Of a DNA stretch of 64,000 nt, positions 9,701-17,162 are shown piece after piece (the first letter of the stretch is position 1; each line of letters starts with the position of its first letter). The notes beneath the pieces are model-generated. The model was not told the DNA's origin, did not search any database, and saw only the letters and a program-made list of their open reading frames with translations. Position numbers and translations under genes: made by a program. This DNA comes from an uncultured virus (IMG/VR IMGVR_UViG_3300044491_001439) (taxonomy: Duplodnaviria > Heunggongvirae > Uroviricota > Caudoviricetes > Kyanoviridae), in the IMG/VR virus record IMGVR_UViG_3300044491_001439; one strand, 5' to 3'.

Positions 9701-11769
9701 AGTTGAAAAGCAACACCGCCAGTCAAACCTTCGACATAAAGAACTTCTGACGTATCTCCAGGAGATGCCCATACATCTATATTGCCAGCAATTGATTCGG
9801 CATTAATTGCATCGATCAATCCATTTCTAACACCAGTGATTGTATCACCTGCTAATGCAGTATAGTTTGCTGATCCTACGACACCGCCACTGAATGTTAA
9901 GAGAAAATCATCACCGGTTTCAATGACACCACCAACAGTTAGTTCGTATAATTGAGTTTCTATTAAACCACCACCAATTCTTTCAACATTTAATGCTGAA
10001 TTTTGTCCAGTCCCTCCAGATCCAACAATGCCAGAATAATCTTGATTCGGAGAAATACCAGTTCCAGTTACATTAAAAGTAAGAATTTCTCCACCGGTAT
10101 CTACAGTTAAAATATTAATTTTTAAATCATTAGTTGGGGATAAACCATCAAGTTGTGTTCCATAGATTACCAGTGTTTCTCCAGCAGTATAAACCTGACC
10201 AACATTAGGATTAGATGATGTTGCGGTTGCCGATCCACTAGCGGTAAATGTAAGAACAGAACCAGAAGCATCTACGGTGTCGATAGTAATAATTAAATCA
10301 TTAGCAGGAGAAGCACCTCCTAATGATGTACCTAGAATAGTTACTGTTTCGGTAGCAGAATAAGCAACTCCAGGAGCAACTTGAACTACCGTCGTGTATG
10401 TTCCAGAAGAATGATCCGCTACGACATTAAAGGATACTCCGTTACCAAATGTACCTGAATAACCTTCTGGTTGTAAACTAGGGAAGAAAGATGTTGTAGA
10501 TACAGTAGCAGAATATGCTCCTCCAGTTCTATCAATATCAAATTTTGCTCCATAACCTTGTCCAAAATTTACGGGAGAAACACTTTGAAAATTTTGATTG
10601 AGGTTATTACCACTTTTATCTGCTAAAATATTTCCAGAAAAGAATACTTCATTATCAGCAATATTAGTTACAAAAATGTTTCCTCCAGATTCATCAGATA
10701 CAGCATGTCCAATTTCAATATTGGTAACATCATTTAAAACAATACTTGAGACTGGAGCAACAAATGATGTGGTTACTTCTTTATCAAATGTAGATGCAAC
10801 TGCTGCTGTAACTTGAGAACCACTTGATACACCCACACCAATGATAGGAGCTCCTGTTGGGGGAACTACTGCTGATACATCTAAACCAATAGTAGATTGA
10901 CCTGAAGGAGAAACCTGATCAGATAATACATTTCCTGTAGCACCTTGAGACAGAACAGTTAATGATGGACTACCAATTTCTGCGCCAGTGTAAAATCCAG
11001 CTTTCTTAACATCAGTAAAGTTAGTGAGGAGTTGAGTTCCTTGTAAAGTACCTACCTTACCTTTAGCGAAAAAATCAAATTCAGTTGTACTTGCTACACC
11101 AGCAACAACAAAAGATCCTTCTGCTTTACTATATCCAAAAACCGAATCATCAACACCGCGAACATTAATCGGATCTCCTTCAGAAAGACCATGTTCCAAT
11201 ACAGATTGGATTGTAATTCTAGAAGGACCAATAAAATTTGTTCCGGCTGATGCATCAGAAGTAATTGCGGCAACGCCAATACTAGTTCCAGGAATCTCAA
11301 ACAAAGATGGATAGTTTCTAAAAATATCAAGAGATTGCCACTTTGTTGGTTGAATGCCATACTCAAAATCAGCATCAAGCATTGACTGTGGTTGAGCTAC
11401 GCGAGTACGCTCAATAGCATCAGTTCCAAAATCCCAAGGTCTAACTATTTGCTCTTCATTTTCTGTAAAGATTTGAATAGCATCATCAGAATTGTATTGT
11501 GTAGTGTCATACAAAAATGTAATAACAGTAAGATAATCTGCTTCGTTGTGTGCAGAAGGAAAATCAGTATCAGTACTTAATGGATTTACAAGAATATAAT
11601 CAAGAGAAATTGGTTTAGATGCATCAGCAAAAGAAGAAAGAATATCTCCAGCAGTGACATTAGTAATCAGAAGAAGTTCTTCCTCTCTATACCTACCAAC
11701 AAATTTTAAAGTACCTGCTCCTGCAACACCTGGGTTAAAGGCGTAATTTTTAATTTGTTTTTTAGCCAT
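6715..11769 (-). CDS. Large virion structural/fibre protein (1684 aa) with internal repeats
   Basis: Gly/Ser/Thr-rich; DADFEYGIQPTKW and QYSWYGAG blocks; four LGGxSPxND repeats; immediately upstream of g13. Confidence 0.75.
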   Translation of the reverse strand: MAKKQIKNYAFNPGVAGAGTLKFVGRYREEELLLITNVTAGDILSSFADASKPISLDYILVNPLSTDTDFPSAHNEADYLTVITFLYDTTQYNSDDAIQIFTENEEQIVRPWDFGTDAIERTRVAQPQSMLDADFEYGIQPTKWQSLDIFRNYPSLFEIPGTSIGVAAITSDASAGTNFIGPSRITIQSVLEHGLSEGDPINVRGVDDSVFGYSKAEGSFVVAGVASTTEFDFFAKGKVGTLQGTQLLTNFTDVKKAGFYTGAEIGSPSLTVLSQGATGNVLSDQVSPSGQSTIGLDVSAVVPPTGAPIIGVGVSSGSQVTAAVASTFDKEVTTSFVAPVSSIVLNDVTNIEIGHAVSDESGGNIFVTNIADNEVFFSGNILADKSGNNLNQNFQSVSPVNFGQGYGAKFDIDRTGGAYSATVSTTSFFPSLQPEGYSGTFGNGVSFNVVADHSSGTYTTVVQVAPGVAYSATETVTILGTSLGGASPANDLIITIDTVDASGSVLTFTASGSATATSSNPNVGQVYTAGETLVIYGTQLDGLSPTNDLKINILTVDTGGEILTFNVTGTGISPNQDYSGIVGSGGTGQNSALNVERIGGGLIETQLYELTVGGVIETGDDFLLTFSGGVVGSANYTALAGDTITGVRNGLIDAINAESIAGNIDVWASPGDTSEVLYVEGLTGGVAFQLVQTLTDLGGASSDGQSLVVQENRAASNTSGTPTYTVTIANPGSDYTIADTILVLGNQLGGNSPENDLTISIQTIDANGGILTFNQAGAPSSGDAVYEGLTPQQAAVGATVKATINDDGDYVAIVGSPGADYAIGYELLVDGGILGAVSPANDMTVTVESVDSSGSILEVSATGLPASGDAITFRPSMTLSEPLFQSVPDSTSFSYSSIAKIQASFASNHGLLPGSQILVSITSNGTNHSLCSGPFFIDSVPSLTSLVYTSRSTGNVSTSSTLQGSITARSDTFYVHRPFDGGVQIGTGSPAHGAQAIRQSKKYIRYQSGKGIMYTTGVNFAPSYDIRSVIAEGTSIGSVIEVVTDDIDHGLQVGAEVVLEGITSTGYNNTYSVTEIVNENTFKIEAIEVLEETIAKFGTQPQVGLYAWKGATVRSGCFDEQNGIFFQYDGTNYSIGLRSSTFQLTGTLSVASGSNEVTGTNTRFREQLKAGDRIVIRGMTHIVTSVEDNTTMFVNPDYRGVSGVSNTKAAFTREIVIPQSQWNLDRCDGTGKSGYKINVNKMQMIGFQYSWYGAGFIDWMLRGPRGDYIFLHRLKNNNLNTEAYMRSGNLPVRYEVMNEGPGARLGAPLSPTSTDITLDDASLFPSFGTLYIDNEIIRYNSKNGNTLSGLTRAATLSNFAAGSQRSYTAGSAASHTKDTGVILASVTATPQINHWGSAFLTDGNFDEDRGYIFSYRLPTVQVGVIKSTLFLIRLSPSVSNAIIGDLGERELINRAQLLLKNIDIVVEGGQNTQTVIIEGVLNPSNYPTVPSDVSWDGLNNQGAGGQPSFAQIATSVDWGIQEVAITAQNARDNGNRNYHYFSPNDVSGVRIGDNVSTVGADGKNFSGGETVTGIFNSGAFPGLVYIVFSSRIDAGATNQTTFTFTSLAGSTAQPGEQVFSFTAGCGSGDRDGIDLSGLKELTNTPIGGTGAFPNGPDVLAINAFLSNGSDVDVTINLRWSEAQA
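9181..10332 (-). repeat. Four degenerate about 33-aa protein repeats G-x2-L-G-x2-S-P-x-N-D-L-x-I-x-I-x-T-V-D-x2-G-x-I-L
   Basis: GTSLGGASPANDLIITIDTVDASGSVL; GTQLDGLSPTNDLKINILTVDTGGEIL; GNQLGGNSPENDLTISIQTIDANGGIL; GGILGAVSPANDMTVTVESVDSSGSIL. Confidence 0.8.
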
Positions 11770-11789
11770 CTAAAACTCCAGATTCGTTC

Positions 11790-12947
11790 TTATGAGAGAG
11801 CAACCGCATAAATTATAGCGTAGTTATCTACGTACCTACGTGTCGCAGCATCACTTGCTGCTTGTGGTTCTGCCATATTTATCACTCTATTATTTAGAAG
11901 ATCTAAATCACCGTCAATAGAGATTTCATAATTGAAAGTTCCTGCAGAAAGTGCGCCAGCAACAGACACATCACCTGTTGCTGGATCTACAGTAAAAGCT
12001 CCGTTATTGACATTGATAGACCCACCAACTGTTAAGTCTGACGTAACATTTGTATTGGCAAATTGAGATGTTCCAGTATTACTATCAATATACCAAGTGT
12101 TATCAGCACTTACATTGTATCCACGAAGAACTGAAAGACTGTAATCAATCTCTGACGAGTTGATAGTTATATCATCAGTAAATGTAGATTCTCCTTGGAA
12201 AGTAGCAGTCCCGCCAACAGATAAGTTTCCGGGAAGTGCAAGACTTACTTGAGTAGTTGCTTCAAAATTTGAGGTTCCTAATGCAACCCAGTTTACATTG
12301 CTACTATCAGATCTAACAATTAAACTTTTATTACCACCTACTCTTACGGATAATCTAGAATATGTTTGACCAGGATTCAACTTAATGTTGAAGTCATAAT
12401 ATTCTGTCGCATCAATATATGGATATGGTCTTCCAGAATCCGCAACACCCATGCGGATTCTGGCTACGTCAGCACCTTTATTACAAGCAAAGATGTTTAC
12501 CGTTTTTTGATCATCAGCAGCATTGGTAAAGAGAATCTCTTGTCGCTCTTCTTTATCAACTACCTTGGAAGCAATAAGACCAGAACCAAGTTCTGGGAGA
12601 GTAACTACAGAACCCTGGAATACAAAGTTTGTATCTGGTCGGTCAGACCATACTAATAAAGATTGATTATCAGAAACGAATAATGATTGAGTCTCGAATG
12701 TGTCCCCTTCACCAATAAATGTGTTAAAATAGCAGAATGATTTAGTCGCAACTTGGGGAATTCCACTTGCTAAATCTGCTTGGTCTACAACAAGAATTCT
12801 AATCTTCGTGGGGTAAGGATTTTTGTGAGTTACAATAACTGTACCTTCAGCAAGCTCGGATGCTTGTGCAGTGTACAATAAAGTATTCCTTTTCGGCGTA
12901 CTTGGAATTACCCCCGCCAAGTAACCAAACGTTGGGTGTGATGACAT
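11790..12947 (-). CDS. Virion structural/adaptor protein (385 aa)
   Basis: Two tandem N-terminal beta domains resembling the 106-aa protein at 24081; fibre-like C-terminus (P...DAATRRYVD) with hydrophobic end AIIYAVALS. Confidence 0.7.
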   Translation of the reverse strand: MSSHPTFGYLAGVIPSTPKRNTLLYTAQASELAEGTVIVTHKNPYPTKIRILVVDQADLASGIPQVATKSFCYFNTFIGEGDTFETQSLFVSDNQSLLVWSDRPDTNFVFQGSVVTLPELGSGLIASKVVDKEERQEILFTNAADDQKTVNIFACNKGADVARIRMGVADSGRPYPYIDATEYYDFNIKLNPGQTYSRLSVRVGGNKSLIVRSDSSNVNWVALGTSNFEATTQVSLALPGNLSVGGTATFQGESTFTDDITINSSEIDYSLSVLRGYNVSADNTWYIDSNTGTSQFANTNVTSDLTVGGSINVNNGAFTVDPATGDVSVAGALSAGTFNYEISIDGDLDLLNNRVINMAEPQAASDAATRRYVDNYAIIYAVALS

Positions 12948-12966
12948 GCCTTTCCCCTAGTCGTGG

Positions 12967-12973
12967 ATAAATA
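12967..12973 (+). promoter_or_regulatory. Putative late promoter (ATAAATA) for hldD
   Basis: ATAAATA 38 nt upstream of hldD ATG; GAGG at 13000-13003. Confidence 0.55.
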
Positions 12974-12989
12974 CACTTTATGTTAAAAC

Positions 12990-12997
12990 TATTTATA
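12990..12997 (-). promoter_or_regulatory. T4-type late promoter TATAAATA
   Basis: Perfect consensus 42 nt upstream of the 385-aa gene. Confidence 0.7.
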
Positions 12998-13011
12998 ATG
13001 AGGTTAAGATA

Positions 13012-13830
13012 ATGAAAATGATTACAGGATGTGCAGGTTTTATTGGATCTCATTTTGCTAAAAAATACGAACAAAACCTTGGCGTAGAACAACATAATGC
13101 CATTCACATTTTAGAAAGATTTAATAGATGGCAAGATGTTGATGAAATAATTCACATGGGTGCAATCTCATCAACAACAGAAAAAGATCTTAATAGACTT
13201 CATTTTTATAATGTGGAACTAACAATAAAGTTATTTGAGAAAGCAATAGAATATCAAATCCCTGTAAGATATGCTTCGTCTGCTTCTGTGTATGGAAACC
13301 TAACAGATGGAACTATTAATCCATTGAACTATTATGCAATGACTAAAGTTCAAGTAGATTATTGGGTTCAAGATAATATTGACAAGTTTAATAAAATTCA
13401 AGGATTTAGATTCTTCAATGTCTATGGCGACGGCGAAGAGCATAAAGGAGATCAACGCAGTCCTATTAGTAAGTTTACTGAACAAGCAAAACTTACTGGA
13501 CAGATTAAAATTTTTGAAGGATCTGAAAATATATATCGTGACTTTATTTGTGTAGACGACATCGTTAATATTGTTCCAAACAATAAATGTGGATCTGGTA
13601 TTTACGATATGGGATCTAATCATTCATATTCTTTCAAAGAGATTGCAGAAATTATTGCAAAAAAATACGGGGCGGAGATCATAGAGATCCCCTTCCCCGA
13701 AAATCTAAAAGGTAAGTATCAATATGATACAAGAACTTCTATGGATTGGTTTGGATATAAATTTAAAACAGTTCAAGAGTATGTTAATCTCCAGTCAGAA
13801 CCCTATAGGAATCAGAGTCAAAGTGCGTAG
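13012..13830 (+). CDS. hldD: ADP-L-glycero-D-manno-heptose 6-epimerase (HldD/RfaD/GmhD)
   Basis: TGCAGFIGS, HMGAISSTT, YASSASVYG, PLNYYAMTK (YxxxK), FRFFNVYGDGEEHKG, RDFICVDD, LKGKYQ; only credible plus-strand gene in the window. Confidence 0.88.
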   Translation: MKMITGCAGFIGSHFAKKYEQNLGVEQHNAIHILERFNRWQDVDEIIHMGAISSTTEKDLNRLHFYNVELTIKLFEKAIEYQIPVRYASSASVYGNLTDGTINPLNYYAMTKVQVDYWVQDNIDKFNKIQGFRFFNVYGDGEEHKGDQRSPISKFTEQAKLTGQIKIFEGSENIYRDFICVDDIVNIVPNNKCGSGIYDMGSNHSYSFKEIAEIIAKKYGAEIIEIPFPENLKGKYQYDTRTSMDWFGYKFKTVQEYVNLQSEPYRNQSQSA

Positions 13831-14134
13831 TAGAGAACTCATACATTTCCGTCTCTTCTAAACCTAACATCTGATGACGCAATAACCTGGGGACTTCAAA
13901 TTTGTCTCCAGGTTTTAATATTACTGTATCTGCATCAGCAAAATCATCTTCATATCCATATACTAATTGTATCTTACCAGAGTGGATATAGAATGTTTCT
14001 TCTTTCAACTCATGATAGTGCCAAGAACATTTCTTTCCTGGCTCAAAGAATAAAAGTTTTCCACAGTATTTGTCATTATTGACAATCCACTTTTCATATC
14101 CCCAACCTTTAGGTACGTGTTTAAAAGAAGTCAT
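13784..14134 (-). CDS. Cupin-domain protein (phosphosugar isomerase/PMI-like)
   Basis: VPKGWGYE, SWHYHELKEETFYI, LKPGD...HQM, EFST; start taken at MTSFKH. Confidence 0.8.
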   Translation of the reverse strand: MTSFKHVPKGWGYEKWIVNNDKYCGKLLFFEPGKKCSWHYHELKEETFYIHSGKIQLVYGYEDDFADADTVILKPGDKFEVPRLLRHQMLGLEETEMYEFSTTHFDSDSYRVLTGD

Positions 14135-14447
14135 TAGAGTTAATTCCTTTATCATCAATAAAATAATCAGCGTGTGGTTTTCCTAGTATCAAATCATGAT
14201 ACTTGCATCCCCAAGTATCTAATTGTTTTGTGGTTAAGTCTGTTAGGAGTTGAGATGCTTTCCATGCCGCATCAGGATCTCCGTCAAACCTACCCATTCC
14301 TCTGGCAGTGAAGTACACTATGATGTGACCTTCATCATACAACTTATTTATTTTGTCAATTCTATTGTGCCATGGTTCAGCATCTTCGTAGTTCCTGGCT
14401 ATAGTAGGACTACAAATTGTATTATCAATGTCAACTACATATTTCAT
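14121..14447 (-). CDS. Small HAD-superfamily phosphatase (capsule-biosynthesis phosphatase type)
   Basis: VDIDNTIC (DxDxT), FTARG, GKPHADYFIDDK. Confidence 0.85.
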   Translation of the reverse strand: MKYVVDIDNTICSPTIARNYEDAEPWHNRIDKINKLYDEGHIIVYFTARGMGRFDGDPDAAWKASQLLTDLTTKQLDTWGCKYHDLILGKPHADYFIDDKGINSNDFF

Positions 14448-15216
14448 TTATATCACCTTCTGTTAGTACGTATGTTCCTGGATTAGATACAGCAATAGCA
14501 GCTGCTTTATTTGCAAAAGGAATAGCAGACTCCATTATACCATTATTAAGATAATGGAATACCAAAGCAGATAAGAATGTATCACCGGCACCTGCTACAT
14601 CAAACACAGGTACTTTAGTTCCAGGATACAATCTATTTTTGAAAGTAGCACCTTCCGATCCTTTTGTAGTAATCAAGAAAGGATATTTTCCTTCCAACTT
14701 CTGTGCTTCTCCATCATTCAGTTTGATGAAACACTGTCTTGGCAGATTAGTCTTTTTACTATCGATAAAGACAGGTCTTTTAAACCAGTCACATAGTTCA
14801 AAGATTTTCTCCTCGGTCAATAATCCTTTATTGTAGTCAGAGATGACCATTGCATCAAAGTCTTGATCTGGTATCTCCCATTCAAATGGTTTCACCTCAT
14901 CCTTCTCATCCAATCGCATGATCTGATGATTTGATTTCTCGTCAACAAATCTTGTCTTGATTGGCATCTCTTCATTAGTCATGATGTAAACGTCTATTCC
15001 AAACGCCATCAGATTGTCTCTGACGTTCCATGCCATGCCTCTAGTCTCTTGTATCCTGGTTTGCTCCAGGACCGGCACAGGACCTTCTGGACTCAATCTA
15101 GAGCACGTACCATACACATATCTATCAATGCATGTATCACCGATAAGGAGTACCTTCAATTGTTTTGGTGGTGGAGTATTCTCCTTGTCGATCAAAAAAC
15201 CGAACTGATTTTGCAT
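14431..15216 (-). CDS. hldA: D-glycero-D-manno-heptose-7-phosphate kinase (HldA/RfaE domain I, PfkB family)
   Basis: LLIGDTCIDRYVYG, RLSPEGPVPV, KTRF, ISDYNKG, DVAGAGDTF, ANKAA; start uncertain (ATG 15216 or TTG 15159). Confidence 0.88.
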   Translation of the reverse strand: MQNQFGFLIDKENTPPPKQLKVLLIGDTCIDRYVYGTCSRLSPEGPVPVLEQTRIQETRGMAWNVRDNLMAFGIDVYIMTNEEMPIKTRFVDEKSNHQIMRLDEKDEVKPFEWEIPDQDFDAMVISDYNKGLLTEEKIFELCDWFKRPVFIDSKKTNLPRQCFIKLNDGEAQKLEGKYPFLITTKGSEGATFKNRLYPGTKVPVFDVAGAGDTFLSALVFHYLNNGIMESAIPFANKAAAIAVSNPGTYVLTEGDINEICS

Positions 15217-15535
15217 AGTGCGAACCTACTACTTCTTTTCCTTTCCAGTCAGAACCGACCACCATTGTATCAGGTTTAATCGATTCCAGCAAGTCTTCTA
15301 ACTCTTCCTTGGTATCAAACACATGAACCACATCAACATATCTTATTGACGATAACATGTTTGACCTATCTCCTTGCGAAAAAATAGGTCTATCAGGACC
15401 TTTCATTTCTCCAACTTTTCTATCAGAATCAATAGCAACAATGAGATAGTCTCCAAAGGACCTAGCGTATTTTAGAAGTTCGATGTGTCCAGGGTGAAGA
15501 ACATCAAAACATCCATTAACAAAAGATATTTTCAT
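15137..15535 (-). CDS. hldC: Heptose-1-phosphate adenylyltransferase (HldC/RfaE domain II)
   Basis: NGCFDVLHPGH (HxGH), KGPDRPI, VGSDW, YSTT. Confidence 0.88.
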   Translation of the reverse strand: MKISFVNGCFDVLHPGHIELLKYARSFGDYLIVAIDSDRKVGEMKGPDRPIFSQGDRSNMLSSIRYVDVVHVFDTKEELEDLLESIKPDTMVVGSDWKGKEVVGSHYAKSVRFFDRQGEYSTTKTIEGTPYR

Positions 15536-17160
15536 TTGTTTGGAACATAAATTAGTTTCATAATATCAGGTAAATACAAGTATTCAATATCACTTTGTTC
15601 TAGAGTTCTTAATGCATCTTCCATAGTGTCCACAATAGTATCTCCAGCAAGATTGAAAGATGTGTTTAAAACAATTGGTGTTCCCGTCAAATTATTAAAC
15701 TCTGAAATAAGGTTATAATAATGTTTGTTTTGTTCTTTGGTGACGGTCTGTATCCTACATGTTCCGTCTACATGAACAATTGATGAAATACAATTTTGTT
15801 TTTCTGGTAGAGTATCAATAGCATAAGTCATGAGAGGACTTTCTTCAAGTCTATTCATATCAAACCATTCTTTTGCGTATTCTAACATTACTGTTCCTGC
15901 AAATGGTCTCCAAGATTCTCTTTTCTTAACTTTGTTTACAAGTTCTTTGCCATTTTTTACTCTCGGATCAAACAAAATAGATCGGTTACCCAAAGATCTA
16001 GGTCCAGTTTCTGATCTTCCTTGAGCAATAGCAATAATATTTCCTTCTGCCAAAAGTTTAGCAACTTTTTCCGGATCAGTATTTTCTTGGTGCTGATCAT
16101 TTTTTAACTGGTAATCATATACAAGGGAACTGCCCATATATGTTGGGTTATATTTTTTTAATGAGAGATTATTTTCTTTTGATAATCCAACTAACTCTGT
16201 ATTGCACACATATGATTGTCCAATACTTATTCCACCATCAGAACAAAGTGGATCAACATACAAATTTATATCTTCAGGTAACCTTTTAATAAGTTTGAAG
16301 TTAGAAACACAATTTAAAAAACAACCCCCGGATAAAACTATATTCTTACAGTCAGAAAGTTGCATAGCTTTCTTACAAAGATTATAGATATACTTTTCAA
16401 AATCGGTTTGTATTTTATAAGCAAACGTTGCTTTCTCTTCAAATGACAAATCATCTGCATGTAAATCATCCTTGTATAAAAGAGCAGTTATGCCATAATG
16501 CTCATGCATAAAAGGTTTAAAACAAAGAGGGTTTGCTCCGTTCCTATCAATTAACGGAACATATTTTTTATCTATTACTCCATATGGTGCTAACCCCATG
16601 GTTTTTCCATCTTCAAGATCCTTAAATCCTATATGTTTTGTAATGGCGTTGTAGGACATTCCAGCACCATAAACACTGGGATAACGAGGATCGTCTCCGA
16701 TTACAGTTTTGTGTAAATTTTGATAAGTAAATACACCATCTTTTATTTCAACTTCTACTATAGTTTCATTTTCTTTTGATGTGCGAGAAAGATCAGAACC
16801 TGCCCCATCAACTATAATACATATTGCTTTCTCAAAAGGTGAACTCATAAGTCCAGAAATAGCATGGAAAGAATGATGCATTGATGAAGACATGACAGAA
16901 TGCAATACTTTTACACCATTCTTTTTTAAAATAGAATCTATGTAAAACGGATGAGCATCTCTGTATGCCTCATTGATGTTGGTAACAACAAGATGATCAA
17001 TAGTATCTGTATATGAAGAAATAATATCCAAACAGTATACTACTTCCTGACTATTTTTGATATGGGTTAGTCGTTCTTCCAAACAATGTAGAACGACTTC
17101 GCCATCTTTACTCAAGCAAATAGATGCATCATGGGACCTATTTACAGATAACAACCACAT
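15532..17160 (-). CDS. O-carbamoyltransferase (NodU/CmcH/TobZ family), copy 2
   Basis: HDAS, EEERL, HHSFH, DGAG, GKTMGLAPYG, GGCFLNCVSN, GPRSLGNRSIL, KKRESWRPFA, HVDGTCRIQTV, NTSFN. Confidence 0.93.
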   Translation of the reverse strand: MWLLSVNRSHDASICLSKDGEVVLHCLEERLTHIKNSQEVVYCLDIISSYTDTIDHLVVTNINEAYRDAHPFYIDSILKKNGVKVLHSVMSSSMHHSFHAISGLMSSPFEKAICIIVDGAGSDLSRTSKENETIVEVEIKDGVFTYQNLHKTVIGDDPRYPSVYGAGMSYNAITKHIGFKDLEDGKTMGLAPYGVIDKKYVPLIDRNGANPLCFKPFMHEHYGITALLYKDDLHADDLSFEEKATFAYKIQTDFEKYIYNLCKKAMQLSDCKNIVLSGGCFLNCVSNFKLIKRLPEDINLYVDPLCSDGGISIGQSYVCNTELVGLSKENNLSLKKYNPTYMGSSLVYDYQLKNDQHQENTDPEKVAKLLAEGNIIAIAQGRSETGPRSLGNRSILFDPRVKNGKELVNKVKKRESWRPFAGTVMLEYAKEWFDMNRLEESPLMTYAIDTLPEKQNCISSIVHVDGTCRIQTVTKEQNKHYYNLISEFNNLTGTPIVLNTSFNLAGDTIVDTMEDALRTLEQSDIEYLYLPDIMKLIYVPNK

Positions 17161-17162
17161 GA

